Shown: piece by piece, positions 50,008-64,000 of the stretch
Numbering within the stretch: the stretch's first letter is position 1
Layout: each line of letters opens with the position of its first letter
From: Bugula neritina
Lineage: Eukaryota; Animalia; Bryozoa
Direction of reading: 5' to 3'
Length of the DNA: 64,000 nt
Assembly: GCA_964035545.1 (NCBI GenBank)
Contig: OZ037772.1
Span: 8,673,150-8,737,149 of the forward strand
Notes under the pieces: generated by a model
What the model saw: only the letters and a program-made list of their open reading frames with translations
Database searches by the model: none
What the model was told of the DNA's origin: nothing
Position numbers and translations under genes: made by a program

Positions 50008-53000
50008 ATGATGCCTTTAACAAACCATTTTATTTCTATTTATTTGGTGAGTATTAACTCGTGAAGCAATAATCAAAAAGTACATTAATATGAAGTTGAA
50101 AATTCTACTCTTAGATATACAGTATGTTTGTTGATATAGACTTAACATAAAGCTTATATATTATAAACACATAACTGACTATAATATACTGATTTAAGAA
50201 CATTGTTTTGCACAATCTATGCTGAAAAGTATATACAGTATAAAATATTTTTATGCACTAGCTTTATTACAAAATGTTTACTACTATAATATATTATATT
50301 ATAAACAAATATCAATTTAAAATATAATATCTTATTTTGAATTTAAAAAAATTACGGCTATGTTATACTAAACAGATTTTACGAGTCAAGTATGATTACT
50401 TGCAATAAAATTTAGGTTTTTTTTACAAAATAAATAAAATAATTTAGTGTGTATTTTTAAATTTTAGCTGAATTAAAATAAAATTAATTGTTTTTCTCAA
50501 TTGTAGCATAAAAATGCTTTATTGAAAATATTTACACAATCATGTTGCATCATGACATGTTTTACGTTTACAAATAATTCTGTCGGATCAAATCTTTTTT
50601 GATATCTGTAGCTGACTCTTCACACTATTGAAGAGTTGTAATCAGCAATTAATAATTGTTGCTTATAAAATTAATAAACTGCAGCCAGTGAAGACATAAT
50701 GTTGTGTGTAAATATAAAATTACTGTTGCAACCAACAACTAACATAACATGAATGGTCACATCCAGTAAAATTCAGTTATAAGCGTTAACTTTTTTGTTT
50801 ATAAAATGCCTTATGGCTTTAGATAAGTTTTTTAATATGAGTACCCAATTTAGTGCTACACCGTTAATAAGCTAATATTGGAATAGTTTTTGTATATATT
50901 TCATTATATACTAATTAATATTATATATATACATTTATTTTACATGCAGGTTGTCGCGTGGAGCAACACATGTGCAGCTGTGGGTTACGTTTCTTACATT
51001 AATAAAGTACAAAGGTAAACTTCTAGTACATTCTATAGAACTTTTAAAATAAACATTTTTTTCTTTTCATAACTTCCTTGAAATTTGTACATAATTAATT
51101 ACTTATTTACGTTGTTGTACTTAATTTTTAGTTGCATAATAAAAATGTCCTAAACTTATTAAAAAAAACTCTAAATCGGTCAATATCAAACTTTTTTAGC
51201 ACTACCTGGTTTAACATTAGTAACTTTTGGTATTCTGATTTTCCATAGTGTGGTGGTGCACCTTAGCTGGTTTTCAACTTAGAAGACTGTTGTTTTGATT
51301 TATGATGAGTGGAGGGGCGGGCAGTAGCCTATTTGTTAAATAATTTCAATTTTTGAAAGATGATATATCACGATTTTTAAAAGCCTCTATCATTAAAATT
51401 TAGTCTCTTGAAAATATTATATTTGTCTTTAGTCCTTAAAAATGATGCGTAATAGTTTTATATTTGCATGGAGATAAAAGCTTGTATAATGCAATTGCAG
51501 CAGATTTATTTTTCGTTATTAAGTTCATTATTTTAAAAACTGCTTTATCTAAACTCATAAAATGATGCTGCAAAGATGAATTTATAAAATTTTACCTCTT
51601 TTGCAATGTTTAAATTGTAGTTTTGAATTTAACGGTGTCTCAGTGTTTACTAAAACCGATTTACTACAAGATAACGGGTTACTCCGCTACGTAACCAAAG
51701 ATGAGTTTGTTGAAGGAAACTTTCTAGCTGTTGTTGGCTTTGCCATTCTAACAACCAAAAACTTCACAATGTTTCACCTAATAGCGGGGCAATTTGAAGA
51801 GAGCGGTTATCAAGATGGTGTAAGATCAGACGCGAGGTTTGGCAGTATAACAGGGATAGTAAGCTCACCAGATGGCGCTAGTAAATTGTGGGTGGCGGAC
51901 TTCTCAAACAGCTGCATTCGGCTAGTAGACATGGTGCATTATGACGTGTCAACGTTTGCGGGTTACTGCACACATCAAGGTAACAGAGATGGACATGTAA
52001 GGGTGGCGCTGCTGTTGCTTCCTATTAGTATCATCCAATGGCCTAGAAACTCCACTACAGTCTTCTTTTATGATAACGGTTCGGAAAATCTTCGATTTTT
52101 TCAGAAGTATGGAGGACTATGGAGGGTGTTTACTAGAGCTCGGTGGAACAGAAAAATACAAAGCATGACCTTTGACACAGTGGGAGACTACTTGTATCTC
52201 ATATCTGACAAAGGGATAGGAAAATTGTCCTTTTTGTCAAATGCTAAAATCATTGAAGAAATTTTCTTAGCAACATCAGGAATTAGCGATGGGAGAATAG
52301 ACGTAAATGGAAGTAATGTGGCAGAAGTTAAACAGATGCAAGATGTAATCCCATTAGACGATGATCTACTTTTGATAGCAGATTACGGGAATAGTAATTT
52401 ACGATTATTTGACTTGAAAAATTCTCTAACCACAACGATTTGCCTTTCACAAGTTGACGCTGTCAGGCAGGTGACTCAAGATGTTAGCTCATGTAAAATT
52501 AACAAGCCAACAAAATTTCTCCAAAAAAGAAATGATAGCTCCAAAATTTACATATTAGGAAAAGAAGCTATTTATAACTTATTGTTTGTTGGTGAGTAGA
52601 TTTACTTTTCAGTATCTGTAACCTTACATAGTTGTACTTGACTTGTTGCCAAATGTCAACAGGTATTCTCAAACATTGACAAGCATTGTTAAGTACTGTT
52701 AAGTTGCCATTTGAATTGAAGCATAGAGCACTCATATTATAAAACTGTATATACATTTTGCTTATAATTATATTTGAATAACATAATTGTTTACTGAAAT
52801 TTATAAATGTTACATCGTTAGTGTACATATTTTTTTTCTTTATTTATTTATCGTTTTATATATTTATTTATTCAAATATTGACACAGAAACAGATAGTGT
52901 TTCAACAACAACAACAACAATGACTACTACAATACCTAAACTAACAAGTGCTGCTAACAGCTCAACTCTAGTAACAAGTACTTCAACCTCTTTTCCAATG

Positions 53001-54073
53001 AGCACTATACCTCCAAACACCAAAGAGTGGTTGAACTGGAAGTATATCCTACCAGGGTTTGGGGTGATGATCTTGGTCATGTTTCTACCAATTATAATTC
53101 TTCTCAATAGAGGTGAGTTACCATTCTACACATTGAGTTATGGAATCTAACCTAGCCTGCAGCTATTTGATAAAAAACTCACATGAGTTTACAATCTTTA
53201 TCTTTGTAAAACCACATATATGGTTTTTTAAACTGGCTACAGATTTGGCATCTATATTGTGGCCAATAACAAGTTATGAATAATTCATTTGAGATTGCAG
53301 CCGTGGTTTAGGAGGTTAGAGCGTTTGCCTAGCAAACACTAGGCCATGGGTTCGAATCTCGACAAAAGCCATTAGTGATGTTAGAAAGAGCATCCAGTCA
53401 TACTTGCTTTTGCTTGTGGTCCATCTGAATAAATCTTTAGCCCAACTTAACAAATAAAAAAACGGTCAATCAGGAGTTTTTTATAGGAGCGGTGACTATA
53501 AATTTATTTCCGTACACTTCTTAACATAACCATTGACCTGTACTGAAATTCAAACTACTGACAGAACGTTTGCAAAGCAGTGCTATGACCCTATACCACA
53601 GTTACTTTATTGCTATAACAGCTGAATATGATATGAAATGCAAATAACTATAAATAAATCATGATAGTATATAATATTCATTGCATAATATATACTGCTA
53701 AGGTTTTACTGTGCTAGTTAAACTTACAGCCAATATTGACTTATGTGCTATATAGCTGCTGAAGTACCTCTATTAAATAGATTTTGTTTAATGAAATATG
53801 CCATTTGTTCTCAGCTAGCAAATGACAATCAATATATTCTTTTAACTACACATCATTTCATCAAGAATGTCTTATAATTTTAATAACTATTAATTGATAT
53901 CTAATTGTGAGAGATTCATAATATTTTAATAAAATCAGTAACTACTATACGTTATACTGTCTGCATTACGTTAGTTACTACTTATAGTCAGTATAGATAC
54001 TGATTCGAAATTTCCCATTTTAGCAAAGAATATTGCACTCCTGATGAGAAAAAGATCAGTCCGTAGAAGATAA
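50008..54073 (+). CDS. NHL-type beta-propeller type-I membrane protein, paralog R4 (~449 aa)
   Basis: Exons 50008-50046 (MMPLTNHFISIYL), 50950-51014, 51621-52591, 52888-53112 (stalk + TM ILPGFGVMILVMFLPIIILL), 54024-54073 (AKNIALLMRKRSVRRR*). Total 1350 nt, in frame. Confidence 0.8.
53297..53500 (+). mobile_element. tRNA-derived SINE (family 1)
   Basis: gcagccgtggtttaggaggttagagcg (A box), gggttcgaatctc (B box), gatgttagaaagagcatccagtcat body. Confidence 0.75.
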
Positions 54074-55164
54074 GTTCACAGCTTAGGAATTAAGTGTGCT
54101 GAAACAAATTGTACATTGTTATAGTTGAATATGTAAAGAGTGGTGACCCTTACTACCTACAACCTTGCCAATTTGTTGCAACAGTTGTATGAGAATAAAA
54201 TAATTTTATTGAGAAATAATTCTTATTTCAAAGTTTATATTTTTGATTTGTCCAATTATGACAAAATTCAAAATATAAAAACCTTTAGATTTGCCTTTGC
54301 ATAATAAATAAATATGCATTTTTTAAGGCAACTTGTATTATCTGTGTTACCAACATTAGAAAGTTTTATGCTTGTAAATAAATATGCATAAGGATATAGT
54401 GATATGCAAATTTTGTAGAATTACATAAAATTATTCATGGTTTAGACAGAGACAATCTTTTAATTACAAAATTAAGTTTTTTTTGATAAAAATTGAATCA
54501 ATTTATTAGGCTATTATTGGATGTACAAAATGCCAAGGAAAGTGCTAACATAGAAAGCAGCCACCAATGCATATAACTTAGGCTACAAAATTTATTTATA
54601 AAGAACAAACATTAAAGGAAAATAAAATGAAAAAATAGAAGTAAAAAAAGTTCTTTAAGTAATGACGAAACAAACTGTACTGCGTGAATGAAATCTGGAG
54701 CTTATAGTAGTCATACTGCAATTTTATTTTATATTTAGTAGCTTTTGTCAGCCATAAATGGCTTTAAAAAGTTTGGCAAAAGCTTTTGAAAAAAGCTCTC
54801 AGTTGACATTTCGAAAATAATGCAGCACAATGACTAAAATAGGAGTTTGCTTAGACTCCATCAAATTACTAGATCTTTCCTGTACAGTTTGCTTGAAATA
54901 TAATTGTAATGATTTCTTTCATTTCCTTTTCATTGTGAAAAAGATTATTAAAAAGTAAAATTTTTATTATCAAAATAGGTAAACAAAGATATCCAAAAAA
55001 TATTGCTAAAATAAATGAAACACACAATAAATAAGTTTTAAAAATTCCTAACATGTTTGGTCATATTAGTTTAAGTAATTAGCTAACAACAAGTAATATA
55101 TAACTTTATTATATTATTCTATGAAAAAATTATTTAATGTTTGAACAATAATCTTGAGAAAATA

Positions 55165-58779
<3,615 letters not shown>

Positions 58780-59406
58780 CAAAGCCATATCAACCTAGTA
58801 ACAGGTGTACCCGGGAATATTTTAATTTCAAGATATATTCTCTGTCCAACCAATCAGATACAAAATCACGCAAGGACTGATCTCTGGAAGGTTCTTTAGG
58901 TGAAACAAATATCTGACAAAGCCATTCCTGTTTTCCAATATTTTTGAAATACTAAAATCAATACTGTTTTTTGTTTTACTCTTCAAATAAACTTAATGCA
59001 TTTTATATCACGGAAAAATTTTAATCAATATGAAAGAAATGCTGAGAAAATGCTAGTGGCTGAAATAATTTTAGGTAAAAATGGCATCGGTAAAAATGGC
59101 ACATAATGTTTTTTGAAAAAACTAGTAAGCTGGCAAGTTTAAACTACTTTTCTCTGTTTGATTTACAACTACAAAATCTTACATACTTTTTACTTATGTA
59201 AACAATACTTTAAGAAACTAGCTAATAATAATATTATTTTTCCTAACATATCAAAATAGAAAAATAAAAATTAATGCTATTAGAGAAAATTTAAAAGATT
59301 CCATTTATTCATAGAATGAAAACTAAATATTTTTACACCTGTAGAACTTAGTTAGTGTGATACAAAGTGTAATAAGCAAGTTCATGCAAGTTTGACCATA
59401 GTAACC

Positions 59407-62400
59407 ATGCAGCTAATTCTTCCAATCATCAATTTGGTGAGTCACAATTATTAGTAAAATAATTAGACTAAATTATCAAAAAAATTATATACTTATACTA
59501 TCACCTATTGTGACACTATTGATATTTGACTATTAACCTTTTAATAAAAATAACTGAGTAAAAAATGAAGAGCAAAATATTTTATTACTTTTCAGTGTCA
59601 AATGCTTTTATGCATATGAACCTATATATGAAAAATAATTAAGATGCTCTAATGTTTAAAGTTTTACAATTCTTGACCATTGACTTTGAAACACAGAATG
59701 TCAACATAACAATGTTATAAAAAACTAAAACAATTATTATTTAACAAATATTTTATAGCTGCTCTTGTGTGCCCTCTAACTGTATATTTTTTTGCAAATA
59801 AATATAGTCAGAGAAATTTATTTCAAACAGCCAATAATGTAGTTTAAACAATTTTAAGATGACATAATCATCAAATAAAAGCAAAATAATCTTGCGAATT
59901 TCTTTTTATAGCTAGACTTTGTTATGTAAAAATTATATGTCATAAATTACAACTATATATTACTTTTGGATTTCATTATTTTACAACTTTTCTCTGAAGA
60001 TCCTAAATAAGCCAAGATTAAGTTTGTCTCAAAACTCAACAGACAAGCAAATGCACAAACAAGCTGATTGTAACACAAACAAGAAGTTAATGATTGCATT
60101 CACTAAAACATAATTGAAACTCTCCTGCATGGCATCTGAATTCAAGACCTCTGGCATGAAAGCAGACAACATTTCACCATTTGCCCCAAAGAGACTATTG
60201 CGTGCAATCAATGCATATATACACAAATTTTTGTTAACATAAAAAATTTTACTGACTTTTAGGTTTTACTGCTGGTGAGATGTGCTAGTGCAGCAAGGAT
60301 TTTTAGAGATACTGCATACAGGTACTAAGTTATTATTGTCTGTAATGCTGTCCAAGATAAATGATTTAAAACTCAATAGCGAAATTTAATCTATGCCATG
60401 AATTTATATTACTATTAACATACTATTAAACAAAAGTACATAAAATAAAAATCTATATATGCTGTTATATATACTCAATAGCTATAGACTGCACAAGTTA
60501 TTAAAGCAACTTCATGTATCAGCTAACCTTTGTGCAAGCAATCCAAAAATTTAGGTTGTGAATTATTCTTGAACTGTTAGCATCAGCTTCCGTATAAAAA
60601 TTTCAATTCTTTAAAATGTTAAAAACATAGACCAGTTCTTTGTCTAAAAGCTACAGTTTCACTTTGGAAGTATTTTTATTTATGCAGGTACAAATTTGAG
60701 GACGTGTCTGTAGTAACTAAGACTACTAGCATAGTCAAAAGATTTGGTCCAATCAGCTTGCTCTTTACGGATGATTGGCTGGAAAGAAGTTTCTTTGCAG
60801 TTATTGGATTTTCCATCTACTCAACCAATGATTTCAAGAAGTTTCATTTAATAACCGGACATCCACTAGAAAGTGGCTACAAAGATGGTCACTATACCGT
60901 AGCTAGGCTGGGAAAAATTACAGGAGCCATAACTTCACCCATAAACGAGACGCATATTTGGATAGCGGATGAAACTAATCACTGCATACGAAACGTTGAC
61001 CGAATAACTCATATTATCACCACGTTTGCCGGCACATGTGAAGTGTCCGGCAATGACGATACATTTGCATCTTATGCATTGCTTACCAGTCCCATGGGTC
61101 TCGCAACTAGAAGGGAACAAACGAAGAATGTCTATTTCCACGACACGGGAGCAAACACAATTAGATATTTAAAGCCGACTCGAAAACTATGGGCCGTGGC
61201 TACGCTACATCAATGGTCTAGAAGAGCTCAAAGTTTACACGTAGATCTCTCAGGAAGTTTCCTGTATATCGTGATGCCTTCTTCGGTAGCGAGAATATCA
61301 ATTAAAGTTTCACCGATATTGGAGTATGTCTTCTTAGTAGCACGTGGGGCTTCAGACGGGCGACTGCAAGATGAGGCAAACGTTCGACAGCTCAGGGATT
61401 TGGTGTTTTTAGAAGACAATCTGTTTGTGGTAACAGATACGGAGAGTAGCAATCTGCGTTTAGTTGATCTGAAGTCTAGAACCATGTCCACCATATGCTG
61501 GTCCCAGGTACAGAGACATATCGAGAAGAACGGGAAAATTAGTAGCTGCAGAGTGATTACACCGACATATCTCTCTATCGGATTAAATAAGCTTGACATA
61601 TACATAGTGGGTCCTCGGTCTATTTACAAACTTAAAATAAAAGGTAAGCCTGTGGTCTGTAAGTCTGGTAAGTAGGTTTTTATGTCTGTGATTTTGGTTT
61701 GGAAATAGTAATACAATTTGGTTACCCAATCAACTTGGCTCAACATTTGAAACATTTATATAGTGTATACTTTTCTCATAACATTCACGTCCAGTTAAAA
61801 GTATAATATTTATTAGAGTATATTATAGTAATGGTCGTTCAATCTTTGCTGTAAAAGCATGACCTTTTATATTAATTTTATTTAGATTTAGATGCCACTA
61901 CTACCACTCGTATGTCACCCACTACGCCAATAACCACTAAAAGAACAACACCAACCACCACATCTACAACTACAACAACACAAAAGACTACAACAACAAA
62001 AACTACCAAAAAGACCACTCCTCTAACTCAAGAATATACGTCCTCATGGCAATATGTGGTGATATCTCTAGCTGTCTTTATTTTCTCATTCTCAATAGTA
62101 GGAATAATGCTTGTATGCATGTCAAGTAAGTAAATCATTCTCCAGAATAATATATATAATTGTAGTGATGAATTTACTCAATAGTCTCTGTGGTGTAATG
62201 GTAGCACACTTGCTTGCAAGCCAGAGGACTCGGGTTCGATTCCCAGTGGTGGCAACTAATTTACAAGCTATTTCGGCCTTTAGTAAAGTTTAGTTGTAGT
62301 ACTCCGAGGGAGTTGAGTGGCCAGGGAAGCCTGATGACTGAAGAAGTAGTAGAGAGGCCAGTGGAGTTGAGAGAACTGGGTAGGATGTAGCAATGAGTTT

Positions 62401-63270
62401 ACCCAGTGGTCCCGTCGTATAATGGTTAGCACACTTGCTGGCAAGCCAGAGGTCTCGGGTTCGAATCCCAGTGGGGGCAACTATTTTACAACAATGATTA
62501 CCTGACTCTACAGTCTACACCTTTTACTGCAACAACCAAAAAGTTTTATTAAATGCTAGATTAATTTTGTTTATATTTTTAAAAAGATTTCCCATAGCAA
62601 TGCTAAGTTCACTTTACAACTGTTTTGCTTAAACAAGTTGACAAAAACATTCATACAGTACTTTTCTTGAAGTAAAATTCTTGCTAATATTTTTAAATCA
62701 TTTGTGAAAATCATCAAATTGCAAGTATATTGCAGGAAAACATTAAATAATTGGTATATGCCTTTTTACTTGGTCAGAAATTTAATCTCTCAAAGTCAGT
62801 CAGTAGTAGTTTCTTAATATAGGAATATAGTGACACACTAATTACAAAACTTGGGGAGGGTTACAAATCCTTCCATTCTTTGCTGTAAAAAGTCATGCAA
62901 GTTATATATGTAGTCACTACCCCTGTGAGAAAACCCATGATGGAAGAGGTTGTTTTATAACAATAACGAAGCTCGCTGTTAATGCCTATAATGATTGACA
63001 TAGATATGGCGACTAGACACAACAGTTTAATTGTTCTAGTATGCTGATAGCGGAGTTGTAAATGTTTTAGTGAACAAATCTATGAAGTTGGAACAAATGA
63101 GAAAAGCTGAAGAAATATCAAAGCAACATAAGAAAAAAAGAAAAAAGAGGAAACCAACAGCGTCTCTAGTTGGGTCAGATAGTGAGTCCCTGTATGGGAA
63201 CCCCGTGGAAAAGCCTAGAACCAAGACTAGGAAACATACAAAACCTAAGCTAAAAAGTTCGCATAAGTGA
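59407..63270 (+). CDS. NHL-type beta-propeller type-I membrane protein, paralog R6, with a long basic cytoplasmic tail (~494 aa)
   Basis: Exons 59407-59436 (MQLILPIINL), 60263-60321 (VLLLVRCASA), 60688-61643, 61886-62125 (stalk + TM YVVISLAVFIFSFSIVGIMLVCM), 63071-63270 (tail MNKSMKLEQMRK..KKKRKKRK..SLYGNP). The tail start resembles the R1 tail SKRLKQMK. Confidence 0.78.
62184..62254 (+). pseudogene. tRNA-like (Ala/Cys-related) SINE head or tRNA pseudogene, family 2
   Basis: tggtgtaatggtagc (A box), gcttgcaagc anticodon-like arm, gggttcgattccc (B box / T arm); imperfect acceptor stem. Confidence 0.6.
62408..62479 (+). pseudogene. Second tandem tRNA-like element, family 2
   Basis: cgtataatggttagcacacttgctggcaagccagaggtctcgggttcgaatccc; shares ~20 bp of 5' flank with the 62184 copy. 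Confidence 0.6.
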
Positions 63271-64000
63271 GTGCATGTTTTGAACAGTAGTTTGATATTA
63301 AGGAGTCGCTTTTCCTTAGCTGAGACATGCCTTGTAAATTATTCTGTCGTCTTCCCTTAAGAAGATTGAAGAAAATTGCAGAAAGTTTAATTCACTGAGG
63401 TATCGGCTATTGTAAGGAAAAGTAACTCTAATGGCAAAATAAAGCACAAACCTATAGCATCCTCATCATTGCTACAAATGGTTACGATTACAATCGATGT
63501 TTGTTTCATCTTTTTAAATATTTTTTTAATAATAATTTATAGCTTTTAAACATAAAACAATGTGATTGGCTATTGTACAACTTTTTCACATTGCTATGTA
63601 AAATGTAACTTTATTGCATATTGCGGTTTAACTTTTGTTTGAACAAAAATCAAAGCAAACAGGAAAACAAATTTGATTTAAAAAAAGCAATGTAATGTTT
63701 TATCAATATGCTAATATAATTTGCGCATTGCTTTTCTAATTGGGATGAGCATGTAGAGATAACTCAAATAACTAGTATTTATACTACAGTTGAATGATAT
63801 ATTACAGCACTGCATGGGAATAATAAGCATCTTATGCCACTTGCAGGCGTCTCTCTGATTTCTAGTTTCAGTAAACTATGCAGACGTTAAACGAGTTAAA
63901 TCAGTATAGAATAATTGGTAAAGAGTTGTTATTCAATGTGATGCTTTATAATACAATAGTCATAGTTGCCTGTAATACTAGAACTAGGCTTTATAGTTAA

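Noticed and set aside
62184-62479. Functional tRNA genes
   Set aside because: Acceptor stems are mispaired and the copies disagree in the anticodon loop; better explained as SINE heads or pseudogenes.
63184-63204. ITIM in the R6 tail (SLYGNP)
   Set aside because: Position +3 is Pro, not I/V/L, so it does not fit the ITIM consensus.

Overview
AT-rich, intron-containing animal (most likely invertebrate) genomic DNA; the species cannot be identified from the sequence. All gene models below were spliced by hand from GT-AG sites and checked for reading-frame continuity. (1) 785-17291 (+): 5'-incomplete gene for an Armadillo-repeat + 3x fibronectin-III protein with a Ser-rich tail. Its 9.3-kb intron holds an internally deleted P-element (THAP9-type) transposon and a probable hAT relic. 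(2) ~13650-24980 and ~25520-36284: an ~11-kb tandem duplication, or two mis-joined haplotypes. Each unit carries the 3' half of the ARM-FN3 gene and a complete minus-strand gene for an unusual ~1,120-aa protein: ~14 ankyrin repeats, then a degenerate catalytically dead caspase-like domain, then a second caspase domain with an intact His/Cys dyad (FSHG...SCCRG). The two copies differ mostly in the central ankyrin repeats, while the catalytic-His exon is identical. (3) 37000-63270: six strongly diverged paralogous cell-surface genes sharing one exon plan: split signal peptide, single-exon ~320-aa NHL-type beta-propeller, Thr-rich stalk (absent in one), and a GPI-like or transmembrane end. One has a premature stop, one has a type I hammerhead ribozyme in an intron, and one has a relic exon fragment of its neighbour. 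Also present: PIF/Harbinger and hAT MITEs, tRNA-derived SINEs, and many micro- and minisatellites. The best candidate for an undescribed system is the ankyrin/pseudo-caspase/caspase protein lying beside a diversified propeller-receptor array, which looks like an innate-immune or self/non-self locus. That role is an inference only.
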